Shown here: piece by piece, positions 20,105-30,260 of the stretch
Position numbering within the stretch: the first letter of the stretch is position 1
How the letters are laid out: each line of letters opens with the position of its first letter
DNA from: an uncultured Gammaproteobacteria bacterium
GTDB lineage: Bacteria; Patescibacteriota; Patescibacteriia; UBA9934; CAZDDW01
Direction: 5' to 3'
Length of the DNA stretch: 64,000 nucleotides
Assembly: GCA_965231015.1 (NCBI GenBank)
Contig: OZ246408.1
Span: 921,908-985,907 of the forward strand
Notes under the pieces: generated by a model
Told to the model about the DNA's origin: nothing
The model's database searches: none
The model's input: only the letters and a program-made list of their open reading frames with translations
Program-made: the position numbers and the translations under genes

Positions 20105-22420
20105 ATGTACTTAGAAAGACTGGAAGTTCAGGGATTTAAGACGTTTGCGCAGAAAACCGTCCTCAAATTCCCCAAACCCGGGAAAAACCGCCATTCAGTT
20201 ACCTCTATTGTAGGACCGAACGGCAGTGGAAAATCAAACCTGTCTGATGCCATCCGTTGGGCTCTGGGAGAACAGAGTCTAAAAATTTTACGTGGAAAAA
20301 AGAGTGAGGACGTGATTTTCTCGGGCTCGATCGGTCGAACGCGGGCAGGCTTTGCTGAGGTTAGTCTTACCTTTAATAACGAGGACGGGGCCATGCCAAT
20401 TGACTTTAAAGAAGTCACCATCACCCGCAAATTACATCGAGACGGAACCTCGGCCTACCTCCTCAACGGTCAAGGTACCCGACTTTCTGATATTCATTTG
20501 CTTTTAGCTCAAGCTAACGTGGGACAACGTTCTTATTCCGTGGTCGGTCAAGGAATGGTGGACCACATTTTGGTGGCTACCCCAGAAGAACGTAAGGCCT
20601 TTTTTGATGATGCTACTGGAGTTCGCCAATTCCAGCTAAAGCGCCACGAAGCCATGCTGAAACTCAAACGCACGTATGAGAACCTAACCGAGGTCGAACT
20701 GGTCTTAAACGAGATTTCTCCGCGGTTGCGATCCCTGAAACGTCAAGTTAAACGCCTGGAAAAACGTGAGCAGATTGAAGCTGAACTGACCGCTCTCCAA
20801 CACAACTACTACTCCACTCTTTGGTCTGATCTGCAGACCCAGCTCAAAACAACGCGAGAAAAATTTAACCAAATTGATGCCAAATATCGAGCCGCGGAAA
20901 ACAAGCTCAAGTCCTATGAACGTAAGAGTGCAGAAATGGAAGAACAAGAAGGCTTAGAAGGCACAGAGGACCAAGAAGGCTCGGAAGGTTTGGCAAGACT
21001 GCAAAACGAATACCGACGATTACAGGCCGAGCGATCCAAAATACGGGATCAGGAATTTGAAATCCAAAAGAAGATCGAGCTCAAAAAAGTTCAAGCCGAA
21101 GCCAGATGGACACCACTTCCTCTCCCGGACATCATCAAAGAACTGGAATCAATCACTACCAAACTTGAGTCCCTGAAATCCCTGAAATCCCTTGATTCCC
21201 TTGAATCTTCAGCATCCTCTTTACATGATCGATCTAAAAAACTTCTTGGTCGCTTAAAAAAACCAGCTCCGGAAACTATTAAGCCGGACCCTGGCTTGAT
21301 GTTGAGCCTGAAAGAAGCAGAGCAAAAACGCAATGACCTGGAAAGCGAGTTAAAACGACTCGACAAGGCGATTGAATCATACGCTGAAACCGAAAAGAAA
21401 CAGCGTTCAGAGTTATTCGAGCTCGGTCGGCAAATGCGAACTAAGCAAAACGAACTTAATACACTTGGCAATGAACGAAATACTCTACAGATTGAGCTGG
21501 CCCGACTTGAAGAACGCGAAGCAAACTTAAACCGTGAAATGCAGATTGAGATGAGGGAACGAGCCAGCAAAGTCAAGGCCGGGGAAAAATATGAGAAAGT
21601 TGATACTAATAATGTCTTTAGTGAACTGACCAAGCTCAAACAAAAACTTGATCTCATTGGTGGGATTGATCCGGAAACCATTCAAGAATACGAGGAGATC
21701 AAAGACAGGCATGATTTTCTGGATACACAGGTAAAAGATTTAAAAGATGCTATCAAGGCAACTGAAAAAATTATTGATGAGCTGGATGAGAAAATCAAAA
21801 AGCAATCTGAGCAAGCTTTCAAAAACATCAACCGTGAATTTCAACGTTATTTCAAACTGCTCTTTGGTGGCGGATCTTGTTCGCTCGTCAAGCTAACCCG
21901 AGATGATTTAGAAGTTGAGAAAACCAAGGAAGCAGTGGAAGCCACCGAAGGAGTTAGCATGGATCGAGCGGCTCATGAAACCGCTGAAGAAGCTCGCAAA
22001 GAAGAGGAAGATGATATTGAGCGAGTTAAAGATAGACTCAAAGGAAAGCGAGATGCCATTATTGGTGTTGATATTCACGCCACTCCACCTGGAAAAAAGA
22101 TAAAAGCACTTAACCTACTTTCCGGTGGTGAACGCTCGCTTACTTCAATCGCTCTCCTGGCCTCAATCATGGCCATTAATCCTTCCCCGTTTATTGTTTT
22201 GGACGAGGTTGATGCCGCTTTGGATGAATCCAACACGTTACGCTTTGCTACGATCCTCGAAGACTTGGCTCAGCACACACAATTTATTGTTATCACTCAT
22301 AATCGCGCGACCATGGAAAAGTCAGATGTCTTGTACGGTGTGACCATGGGAGACGGTGGAGTCAGTCACTTGTTGAGTGTTAGTCTAGAAGAACTCCCCG
22401 AAACCACAGCACGACACTAA
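20105..22420 (+). CDS. smc: SMC-family chromosome segregation ATPase, short form (771 aa)
   Basis: N-terminal Walker A GPNGSGKSN, long coiled coil, C-terminal ABC signature LSGGERSLTSIAL and Walker B IVLDEVDAALD. Confidence 0.8.
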   Translation: MYLERLEVQGFKTFAQKTVLKFPKPGKNRHSVTSIVGPNGSGKSNLSDAIRWALGEQSLKILRGKKSEDVIFSGSIGRTRAGFAEVSLTFNNEDGAMPIDFKEVTITRKLHRDGTSAYLLNGQGTRLSDIHLLLAQANVGQRSYSVVGQGMVDHILVATPEERKAFFDDATGVRQFQLKRHEAMLKLKRTYENLTEVELVLNEISPRLRSLKRQVKRLEKREQIEAELTALQHNYYSTLWSDLQTQLKTTREKFNQIDAKYRAAENKLKSYERKSAEMEEQEGLEGTEDQEGSEGLARLQNEYRRLQAERSKIRDQEFEIQKKIELKKVQAEARWTPLPLPDIIKELESITTKLESLKSLKSLDSLESSASSLHDRSKKLLGRLKKPAPETIKPDPGLMLSLKEAEQKRNDLESELKRLDKAIESYAETEKKQRSELFELGRQMRTKQNELNTLGNERNTLQIELARLEEREANLNREMQIEMRERASKVKAGEKYEKVDTNNVFSELTKLKQKLDLIGGIDPETIQEYEEIKDRHDFLDTQVKDLKDAIKATEKIIDELDEKIKKQSEQAFKNINREFQRYFKLLFGGGSCSLVKLTRDDLEVEKTKEAVEATEGVSMDRAAHETAEEARKEEEDDIERVKDRLKGKRDAIIGVDIHATPPGKKIKALNLLSGGERSLTSIALLASIMAINPSPFIVLDEVDAALDESNTLRFATILEDLAQHTQFIVITHNRATMEKSDVLYGVTMGDGGVSHLLSVSLEELPETTARH

Positions 22421-22425
22421 ACACA

Positions 22426-22460
22426 AAACAGCCCCGAAATAAATCGGGGCTGTTTTAAAT
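22426..22460. terminator. bidirectional rho-independent terminator
   Basis: acagccccgaaataaatcggggctgt hairpin flanked by A-run and T-run. Confidence 0.6.
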
Positions 22461-22466
22461 TTCTAT

Positions 22467-22658
22467 TTAGGCAGCGGGAGCCTCCATTTTTTCGGTTGGC
22501 TCTTCATCAGCTTCTGAAGCTTCCTCTTGAGAATCTTCAGTTGAAGCCTCCATTTTTTCGGTTGGCTCTTCGGTTTCGTCATCCTTAACGTAACCGGCTT
22601 CTTTGATTTCTTGATCCATTTCGGTCATAGCCCCTGGACCAAATTCATCAAATGACAT
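22467..22658 (-). CDS. small acidic repeat protein (EEPTEKMEA x2)
   Basis: 63-aa ORF with internal direct repeat; low complexity, may be non-coding. Confidence 0.3.
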   Translation of the reverse strand: MSFDEFGPGAMTEMDQEIKEAGYVKDDETEEPTEKMEASTEDSQEEASEADEEPTEKMEAPAA

Positions 22659-22818
22659 AATGTAATTTTTAATTAATTACGAGGCTTATCATAGCATAAA
22701 ATTAACCTTTTGTCAAGGCATAGACGCCAATATTACTCTAAAATAAGCCTACTCTTGACTTAATCGAATATTTGATTTATACTGCCGCCACATGCTCAAG
22801 TCAACTATTATTTAAATT

Positions 22819-23313
22819 ATGTTATCAATTCGATTAAGCCGTACTGGCAAAAAGAAGCAACCGCATTATCGAATCATTGTGATCGATAAGAAGCGAGATC
22901 CATGGGGTAAGTCCCTGGAAATCCTTGGCTCACGAAACCCTCGAAGCAAAGAAATGACTTTGAAAGAGGATCGAGTCAAGTATTGGCTCGAAAAAGGTGC
23001 CCAGCCATCCAAAAGTGTTTGGAACCTATTAGTAGAAGCTAAGATCGTTAAAGGAGATAAGCGCGGTGTAACCCACATCTCGAAGAAACGACAAGCTAAG
23101 ACTGCTGAGGCTGAAGCCGAGAAGGCTGAGAAGGTCAAGGAAGCTGAGGCTGCAGCTGCTCCTACCGAAGAAGCTCCAGATGCCCCACCAACAGAAGACG
23201 TGGCGGGGTCCCGCCAAGCTGACGATGGCGGGAAAGACAAGCCAGCTGAGGAAGAAAAAAAAGAAGAGGCTCTTACAGAGGAACCTAAGGAAGAAGAAGC
23301 CAAGGCAGAGTAA
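22819..23313 (+). CDS. rpsP: 30S ribosomal protein S16 with A/E/K-rich C-terminal extension
   Basis: MLSIRLSRTGKKKQPHYRIIVIDKKRDPWGK canonical S16 N-terminus. Confidence 0.9.
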   Translation: MLSIRLSRTGKKKQPHYRIIVIDKKRDPWGKSLEILGSRNPRSKEMTLKEDRVKYWLEKGAQPSKSVWNLLVEAKIVKGDKRGVTHISKKRQAKTAEAEAEKAEKVKEAEAAAAPTEEAPDAPPTEDVAGSRQADDGGKDKPAEEEKKEEALTEEPKEEEAKAE

Positions 23314-23325
23314 GATAAAAAATAC

Positions 23326-23362
23326 GGACGAGGTCTCGAACAGACCTCGTCCTTTGTTTTTG
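23326..23362 (+). terminator. rho-independent terminator after rpsP
   Basis: cggacgaggtctcgaacagacctcgtcc then tttgtttttg. Confidence 0.6.
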
Positions 23363-23372
23363 ATTCTTATGT

Positions 23373-24437
23373 TCAGAGCTGAGTCTCCTCGCTCGTTAAT
23401 GCCCGAATCACGAGCGTACTTCCTTCAGTCCAGAACTCGTAAGCGTACGAGCCGACCGGAAGCGCTACCGAAACCCGAGCTTCATTCATAGAACTGGTTG
23501 ATCCCAGACTTACCTGGCGGATCAAAGTGATATCCCGAGTAGAGTAATCCTGTTTCAGACTACCCGAGAGCGAAGCTCCTCGGGTGAATACCACTGTGAG
23601 CTTGGGAATGGATTTTGTAAGCGAAACTTCGCTTTCCGACATCACCGGCCGCATCCGCCCAGCGTCGTCTTTCATGATTGCCTTTAAGACCGTGCCACCG
23701 CTTCCGGAGTGCCGCAATTCGAACTGCCCGCCCCAGAAACTGGTGCCGTCTTGCTGGTGATGGATCTCGAGCTCCTCGAGCGTAGTGACGATCCGCAATT
23801 CGTTACCGATTGCGGTCACGGAGGTGATTTCGTAAGGGTCGAAGGTGTTGAAACGAGTGTTGTCACTCTCTCGCTTCACACTCATACTTCCGCTTTCACA
23901 CACCCAACCATCCATAGGAGCCTGGTTCCGCCGGGGATCAAAACCAAGATCGGTCTTGATGGTGACCACGTCTGCATCCTCACCCCAGGGAAAACTGACT
24001 CGCAACATCGGGGAACGGTATGGCTCAGCAAAGTACCACTTGTAGAGCGCTCCGCCAAAATCACTGATTCGCTCCACGGTGATTCTGGAAAATTGGTCAG
24101 TATCCGGTTCGATCATCTTCTTCGGACCATCCGGTCCTTTGACAAACGGGAGTTTGACTTCAACGTAATTGCCGACCCAGGTGCCACGAGCACAAACTTC
24201 ATCCGGATAGGCCACAGGTCCAGAAAACTTCATCTCAACCTGGAAACCATCATCCCGAGTCAGTGAGTACCTCAGCTCCTGAACGCTAGGACGACTGTTC
24301 GTCCACTCACTTTCCTTGTCCCCAGCCCATTCCCAGGCCGGGTCGTAACCGGGCTCGTTCGGATCCTCCTGCGCTGTGGCAGTAAGGCTCACAAAATACA
24401 CGAGAATGAGTATCAATATACGCATCTTGCCCTCCAA
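23373..24437 (-). CDS. secreted hypothetical protein (signal peptide), GC about 52%
   Basis: MRILILILVYFVSLTATAQE signal; inserted on opposite strand inside rpsP-KH-trmD cluster. Confidence 0.6.
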   Translation of the reverse strand: MEGKMRILILILVYFVSLTATAQEDPNEPGYDPAWEWAGDKESEWTNSRPSVQELRYSLTRDDGFQVEMKFSGPVAYPDEVCARGTWVGNYVEVKLPFVKGPDGPKKMIEPDTDQFSRITVERISDFGGALYKWYFAEPYRSPMLRVSFPWGEDADVVTIKTDLGFDPRRNQAPMDGWVCESGSMSVKRESDNTRFNTFDPYEITSVTAIGNELRIVTTLEELEIHHQQDGTSFWGGQFELRHSGSGGTVLKAIMKDDAGRMRPVMSESEVSLTKSIPKLTVVFTRGASLSGSLKQDYSTRDITLIRQVSLGSTSSMNEARVSVALPVGSYAYEFWTEGSTLVIRALTSEETQL

Positions 24438-24614
24438 TGCAAGTCTTGTTTATAGCGTGAAATATCGTTTTTGTCAAAACAAGACCAACACATTGACAAA
24501 GCCAAAAAAAACTGATAGCATTACACCAACGTCACTTGTCAGCTTGACTCGGTCGACTTGCCTACCATGTGACGAAAGTAATGACTGTTAATTCTAGTGC
24601 GACAGACTGACTGT

Positions 24615-24932
24615 ATGGAAAAAGACCAAGAGTTTGTCGAGTATATCGTCCGAGGGATCGTTAACAATCCTGACGACGTCCGCACAGAGCGAACGGTTGA
24701 TGAACGTGGAGTACTCATTACTCTTCACATCAACCCGGATGACATGGGATATGTGATTGGCCGTCAAGGTCAAACCGCCCGAGCCGTCCGAACACTGCTC
24801 AAGATCGTTGGGGCCAAGAATGACGCTCGCGTCAACCTCAAGATCCATGAGCCGGAAGGTTCCAACCGGGGCCGACGCTCTGAAACAACGGAAGAAGTTG
24901 ACACATCTGCTGTCGACGAACTCGGCATTTAA
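24615..24932 (+). CDS. KH-domain RNA-binding protein (YlqC/KhpA-like); ORF opens 24597
   Basis: GYVIGRQGQTARAVRTLL KH GXXG motif; conserved position after rpsP. Confidence 0.8.
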   Translation: MEKDQEFVEYIVRGIVNNPDDVRTERTVDERGVLITLHINPDDMGYVIGRQGQTARAVRTLLKIVGAKNDARVNLKIHEPEGSNRGRRSETTEEVDTSAVDELGI

Positions 24933-24968
24933 TCCCGTTCGACGGGACTAACAATAGTTCAAAAAAAA

Positions 24969-25008
24969 CGAAAACCGTGGTAAAGTATAACCACGGTTTT
25001 CGTAATTT
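24969..25008 (+). terminator. rho-independent terminator
   Basis: cgaaaaccgtggtaaagtataaccacggttttcg then taatttt. Confidence 0.6.
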
Positions 25009-25018
25009 TAAACTTATA

Positions 25019-25189
25019 TGACTGACAACAACGAAAAAAAAATCCAAGCCATTGATGCCGCTTACAAAGAATTCAGTGCCACTTTAAACGAAATTCAACG
25101 TGAACGTTGGAATGATTTTTTGGAGCTCATGAAAAATATAGACGAAGCCGAGGCGGAAATGGTTCGAAAGCAAATCTTAAACAGTTAAA
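25019..25189 (+). CDS. possible small protein (56 aa, below ORF-track cutoff)
   Basis: atg at 25019, in-frame to taa at 25187; helical charged peptide. Confidence 0.3.
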
Positions 25190-25192
25190 CAT

Positions 25193-27574
25193 ATGGCTAA
25201 AAAACAATCATGGTCAAAACTTGCTGATAGTTTTGAATTTGATCCAGAGCAAGACACAACAGAAGAAGAACAAAAGCAATTTGTGGAAACTTCCCGGCAG
25301 GAAGAACTGGCCAAGGCGGCCAAGTCTCCTTCTCTCGACAAATACATGAACGTGAGGTTCACCACGAAAATATTGGCTCGACTTGGTTTTAAAGGAGCTG
25401 TTGAAAAGGTTCAATTGTATCACGAATCCAAAAACGAACGCATTGAAAAAGAAAAAGCTACCCGTGAAGCGGCCAAGGCAACCAAGGGGGCTGCGGAAAG
25501 CCAAACTCGCGAAGCTGTTTCGAATGAACAAGGATTAAATTCGTACGCCGAATCCACCTTAAAAAACCGAGGGGTGGTCAACGCCTCGGAAGGACAGGCT
25601 TGGATGGCAAAATACATTAAAGCCGGACAAGAAGCAGTGAAAAAACTTGAAGCCAATGAAGCGGAATTTAAAGCACAAATTGAAGCCCAAGGTTTAGCTA
25701 TGGAACGAATGGTTAGCATGAAAAAACAGGCTGAACAAGAACAAGCTCGCCAGGCTGAAGTGGCTGAGCACAAAGCCGAAGAAGAAGAGGTTGCACAAAT
25801 TGAGCCACGCTTTTTACAAAGCATGGAAGGGCCAATTGAAGAAACAAATAACGTGCTCCAACAAAGCATGGTTGAAGGTGATCAGGGATACGACCCTGAG
25901 CTTGAAAGTACCACAAAAAGTGATATCACTGAATTAACTGACGGTATTGAAGATTTTGTTGATAGCAAGGCCGGATCAAAACTCGAATCTGAAAATCCTG
26001 AATTGGTTGCCGCCATGGAACTGGCCAACAAAGAAACTATTGGGTTATTAAAAGATATTGATGAAGTGGTTGATCAAAGCTCTGATCTACAGGCTCAACT
26101 TGATACTAAAGAGGTGACCAAGGAAACCATAACTGAAATGAGTGCCGCGATTTCAACCGTTAGTAGCCTTGAAGGACGTATTGCAAAAATAAGTCGTCTG
26201 CTTGATGCCCCGGAAGGGATCATTGACCAACTAAACTCTATCAAGCGGCCGGGAAAAGATATCAAAAATCTAAAGGCAAGTCTTGAAAACGCTTCAGCCA
26301 GACTGGTAAAATTAGAAGAGGTAAAAAATCTGAAAGACGAATTGAAAAAGAAGCTCCCTGAAGCAGTGACCATGGTTGCCAGCAAAATCGATGTAGCCAA
26401 GTTACCTGAACAAAAACCAGAACAACGCTTAGCCTATCAAGTTAGAGAAACCTTAAATGAGGCTGAACAAAAACTTGGTAAGAACCGAGAAATAATGAAT
26501 GACCTCTCAAAACAAGGCGGTGATCTTCTTGAAAGCGAAGAGAAAGGTCGTATAATTTCCGTTGTTCCAATTGCCATGAATCGCATCCGTGAACTCTCGT
26601 CATCCGGAACACGGGTCAGTTTCATGATCGAATCAGCTAACGAGCAAATCGGTAACCTGGAAAAAAAACTACAAGCCAATAAACTTGATAAAACTACCGT
26701 GGTTGAAATGGGTAATATTATCAGTTCTATTGAAATTGTAGAGCAATCAATTAAAAACTTAAAAGAAGAACTTAACCGCGAACTCAGTGCCTCAGATTTA
26801 CTAAGCCATATCATAAAACCGGACGAGCTAACCGCACAATATCAAGAAACTTTAAAGCAAGCCAAGGAAGCTAACGGCCAAACCAATGAATTCGATGAAC
26901 TAAAGGCCAAACTAACGGAACAGCTTGGACAAACCGTGGGCCTGCTAGCTGAACAGGCCGGGCAGGATAAAGAAAAAATGATTTGGGATAACAAGGTGCT
27001 TAATTGGGAAGCAGAAGCGGCTAAGCCAGCAAAGACTGAGGTTTACATTGATGAAGACGAGTTTGAAGGAGAAAAATTTGACGAAGCCTTAATGAAAGAA
27101 ATTGACGCTGAACTGAAAAGAGAGATAGCTATTGAACAATTGCTAGCTGAACGTCGTGGAACCGAATACGGAGAGCAACCTGAAATTGATGAGACTGAAC
27201 TTGAAGCTATGGAAAAATTATCTGAACAAAAGTATGAATTCGGTGACCGGGTTTTCATAGAAACATTTGGTTTAAAGCTGGGAGGAGAAGTAAAAGCTTA
27301 CACTAATAACGGGAAGGTCGAAGTTCGTTTTGATGATGGCCAGCGCCAGGTTTTCAACGAAGATCAGCTCCAAAAAGAACCGGTCAGTGAAAAACAAAAG
27401 GCTGAAGAAAAACCGATTCGTTTATTAAGCAAAGAAGAGCAAGACGCCGGGGTCGAAGGAACCGATCTGGACGAACCATATCACGCTGCCGAGGACTCTG
27501 GAGACGTCCCTACCACTATCAAACGCCGAAAAAAAATTAAGCCAGAAGACATTGATAAACAGCTGACCGCTTAG
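25193..27574 (+). CDS. large coiled-coil protein (E/K/Q-rich, 793 aa) occupying the usual rimM position
   Basis: long heptad-like low-complexity sequence; small beta-rich C-terminal module GDRVFIETFGLKLGGEVKAYTNNGKVEVRFDDG. Confidence 0.6.
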   Translation: MAKKQSWSKLADSFEFDPEQDTTEEEQKQFVETSRQEELAKAAKSPSLDKYMNVRFTTKILARLGFKGAVEKVQLYHESKNERIEKEKATREAAKATKGAAESQTREAVSNEQGLNSYAESTLKNRGVVNASEGQAWMAKYIKAGQEAVKKLEANEAEFKAQIEAQGLAMERMVSMKKQAEQEQARQAEVAEHKAEEEEVAQIEPRFLQSMEGPIEETNNVLQQSMVEGDQGYDPELESTTKSDITELTDGIEDFVDSKAGSKLESENPELVAAMELANKETIGLLKDIDEVVDQSSDLQAQLDTKEVTKETITEMSAAISTVSSLEGRIAKISRLLDAPEGIIDQLNSIKRPGKDIKNLKASLENASARLVKLEEVKNLKDELKKKLPEAVTMVASKIDVAKLPEQKPEQRLAYQVRETLNEAEQKLGKNREIMNDLSKQGGDLLESEEKGRIISVVPIAMNRIRELSSSGTRVSFMIESANEQIGNLEKKLQANKLDKTTVVEMGNIISSIEIVEQSIKNLKEELNRELSASDLLSHIIKPDELTAQYQETLKQAKEANGQTNEFDELKAKLTEQLGQTVGLLAEQAGQDKEKMIWDNKVLNWEAEAAKPAKTEVYIDEDEFEGEKFDEALMKEIDAELKREIAIEQLLAERRGTEYGEQPEIDETELEAMEKLSEQKYEFGDRVFIETFGLKLGGEVKAYTNNGKVEVRFDDGQRQVFNEDQLQKEPVSEKQKAEEKPIRLLSKEEQDAGVEGTDLDEPYHAAEDSGDVPTTIKRRKKIKPEDIDKQLTA

Positions 27575-27577
27575 TTT

Positions 27578-28231
27578 ATGACCAAACGATTTGATATCAT
27601 CACCATCTTCCCTGAAGTTTGTGAGCCATACTTGCAAGCGAGTATTCTTGGTCGGGCCCAAAAAAACAAGCTGATCGATTTACGAGCTCACAATTTGCGA
27701 GACTTCACGAACGACAAACACAAAACTGTAGACGATACTCCGTATGGTGGTGGTCCTGGTATGGTTATGAAGGTAGAGCCGTTTGATAAGGCGCTAAAGA
27801 AGATAAAGACTAGCCGAAAAAAGATTCGGATTGTCATGACTTCGGCAGCGGGAAAACGATTTAGCCAAAAAGACGCCAAGCGTTTGACCAAGTACGATCA
27901 GGTCATCTTTTTGTGCGGACGTTACGAAGGAGTGGATCAGCGTGTAGAAAAGAAACTGGCTGATGAAGCGCTTTCGATTGGAGATTATGTTTTAACTGGC
28001 GGCGAGTTACCTGCTCTTGTTATGACCGACGCTATTGCACGCCAAATCCCGGGGGTACTTGGCAAGAGTGCCTCACTTGAGGTAGAATCGCACGAACAAG
28101 AAGGATTGCTCGAATACCCACAATACACAAAACCAGAAGAGTATAACGGCTGGAAAGTCCCGCCAGTACTTTTAGGAGGAGATCATAAAGAAATAAATGA
28201 ATGGAGGAAGAAACAGCAGAAAAAAATATGA
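27578..28231 (+). CDS. trmD: tRNA (guanine37-N1)-methyltransferase
   Basis: MTKRFDIITIFPE start, SPOUT knot motifs GRYEGVDQR and LTGGELPALVM. Confidence 0.9.
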   Translation: MTKRFDIITIFPEVCEPYLQASILGRAQKNKLIDLRAHNLRDFTNDKHKTVDDTPYGGGPGMVMKVEPFDKALKKIKTSRKKIRIVMTSAAGKRFSQKDAKRLTKYDQVIFLCGRYEGVDQRVEKKLADEALSIGDYVLTGGELPALVMTDAIARQIPGVLGKSASLEVESHEQEGLLEYPQYTKPEEYNGWKVPPVLLGGDHKEINEWRKKQQKKI

Positions 28232-29337
28232 TCGCAACCGGTTTTTTCAGAAAGTCTTACGCTCACATCTTAAAACCAATTCTCTTCAAATTTGATCCGG
28301 AAAAGATCCATGACCTTTTTGTGATGATGGGAGAATGGTTTGGGCGTCATAGATTTAGCCGAAACATGACGGCTAAATTTTTTAAGTATTCCCACCCCAT
28401 GCTCAACCAGAACATTTACGGCATCAACTTCCCTAATCCGGTTGGCCTGGCAGGAGGTTTCGACAAAGATGCCCGATTAACTCAGATTCTACCATCAGTA
28501 GGTTTTGGTTATGAAGAAGTTGGTTCGATTACCGGTGAACCATGTGCTGGGAACAGTGGCAAAAGATTGTGGCGCTTGCAAGAATCAAAATCGATTCGAG
28601 TTCATTACGGACTCAAAAACGAGGGCTGCGAAAAGATTGCTCTTCGACTTTCTACACAGCGTTTTCAATTCCCCATCGGCATTAATATTGCTAAAACAAA
28701 TTGCGCTGAAACATCCGATGATGAAGCCGGGATTAAAGACTACGCCAAGGCCTTTGAGGTGTGTACCAACCTGGGTGACTATTTCACGGTCAACATCAGT
28801 TGCCCTAACGCCTTTGGTGGTCAACCGTTTACTGATCCGGACAAGCTCGACGCATTAATGACCCGACTCGACAAGATTAACACTGAAAAACCTGTCTTTC
28901 TAAAACTCTCGGCTGACCTAACCCATGAACAGATTGATGAAATCGTGAAAATCTGTGAGAAACATCGAATTCATGGTTTCGTGGTTTCTAATTTAACGAA
29001 ATTAGAAGGTAATGATTCAATCAAACAAGATGAAATCGAGGAAGGTTCGCAAGGTGGATTTAGTGGTAAACCAACAGCTGAATTATCAAATCGAATAATC
29101 GCTCACATTTATAAAAACTGGGGTGATAAATACGTCATCATTGGTTGCGGCGGTATCTTTTCGGCCATTGACGCGTACGAAAAAATCCGTCAGGGCGCCA
29201 CGCTTGTTCAACTCATCACCAGTATGATCTTCGAAGGTCCTCAACTGATTGGCGAGATCAACCAGGACCTGGTCGAGCTATTAAAACGCGACGGCTACAG
29301 CTCGATTTCCGAGGCGATCGGCGCGGCGCATCGATAA
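28201..29337 (+). CDS. pyrD: dihydroorotate dehydrogenase (class 2-like, quinone)
   Basis: NPVGLAGGFDKD, catalytic region GSITGEPCAGNS..., C-terminal IIGCGGIFSAIDAYEKIRQGATLVQLIT. Confidence 0.85.
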   Translation: MEEETAEKNMIATGFFRKSYAHILKPILFKFDPEKIHDLFVMMGEWFGRHRFSRNMTAKFFKYSHPMLNQNIYGINFPNPVGLAGGFDKDARLTQILPSVGFGYEEVGSITGEPCAGNSGKRLWRLQESKSIRVHYGLKNEGCEKIALRLSTQRFQFPIGINIAKTNCAETSDDEAGIKDYAKAFEVCTNLGDYFTVNISCPNAFGGQPFTDPDKLDALMTRLDKINTEKPVFLKLSADLTHEQIDEIVKICEKHRIHGFVVSNLTKLEGNDSIKQDEIEEGSQGGFSGKPTAELSNRIIAHIYKNWGDKYVIIGCGGIFSAIDAYEKIRQGATLVQLITSMIFEGPQLIGEINQDLVELLKRDGYSSISEAIGAAHR

Positions 29338-29392
29338 CGCAATTATTCAAAGCCAATTTATTGGCGTGCGCTCTTATGAGCATGCGCGATAT

Positions 29393-30214
29393 CTACAACG
29401 GACTCGCGATATTGCGGACCGCCGGATTGGTCACATGCGTGTAAACTTGCGTCGTCCTGATATTCTGATGCCCGAGCAAAGCCTGCACATACCGCACATC
29501 AACGCCGTTCTCAAGCAGATGAGTAGCGAAAGAATGCCGGAGCGAATGAAACGTGGCCGGTTTTTTTATATCCGCGTGATTAAGCGCGTGCTCAAATATT
29601 TTCTGGGCCGTTCTTTTGGTAAGCTTGCCGCCGCGCTGGCTTTCGAACACCAGCGCGTCGCTGTCCCTGCCAAGACAAAGCACTCGGAGCGGTTCAACGA
29701 GCGAATCCGGCAACACACTGATCCGGTCCTTTTTGCCTTTGCCCTGCCTCACGAATACGGTTTTGCCCTCAAGATCGAGATCTTGAACGCGCACAGCCAC
29801 CGCTTCGCTGACGCGCAGACCGGCGGCGTAAGCGAGGCCAATTAAAGTCCGGTGCTTGAGGTTACGGATCGTCCCGAGCAGGCGCAAAATCTCATCGCGA
29901 GTGAGCGTACTCGGCAAACGCTTAGGCCGTTTAGCGTACGGCAATTTCAGGTCAAACGACCTCCCGAGCAAGTTACGCGCGTAAAACATAATCGCCTGCA
30001 AATGCAGATTAATGGTCGAAGCCGCCGCATCGCCATCATGCTTGGCCAGTAAAAACGACCCGAGCTCGTCATGGTCAACGCGATTCGGATCCGGATATTC
30101 CAAAAAAAATGCTTTTAGCGATCCCAGGTACGACTTTCTGGTCGCCGGACTGTAGTTTTTGAGCTTCAGAAAACGATCAGTCGCCTCCAGAGCCTCGGAG
30201 GTTGAAACAAACAT
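29393..30214 (-). CDS. tyrosine site-specific recombinase (Xer-like; candidate integrase of adjacent cassette array). ORF opens at 30349 but MFVSTSE start at 30214 is more plausible
   Basis: R-H-R-Y catalytic set: GLRVSEA (box I), HSLRHSFATHLL (box II), LGHQNIRTTQVYTHV; only about 90 aa between boxes so no IntI-specific insert. Confidence 0.8.
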   Translation of the reverse strand: MFVSTSEALEATDRFLKLKNYSPATRKSYLGSLKAFFLEYPDPNRVDHDELGSFLLAKHDGDAAASTINLHLQAIMFYARNLLGRSFDLKLPYAKRPKRLPSTLTRDEILRLLGTIRNLKHRTLIGLAYAAGLRVSEAVAVRVQDLDLEGKTVFVRQGKGKKDRISVLPDSLVEPLRVLCLGRDSDALVFESQRGGKLTKRTAQKIFEHALNHADIKKPATFHSLRHSFATHLLENGVDVRYVQALLGHQNIRTTQVYTHVTNPAVRNIASPL

Positions 30215-30240
30215 AAGATTATGCTTAAATAAACAAAAAT

Positions 30241-30260
30241 CTCCCCTCGATTGTGGGGAG
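30241..30260. promoter_or_regulatory. hairpin ctcccctcgattgtggggag immediately upstream of recombinase start; candidate operator/attI-proximal element
   Basis: perfect 6-bp stem 27 nt upstream of the ATG on minus strand. Confidence 0.25.

Noticed and set aside
29366-29845. 159-aa plus-strand ORF
   Set aside because: Lies antisense within the tyrosine recombinase gene; Arg-rich junk composition; the recombinase frame has the catalytic motifs.
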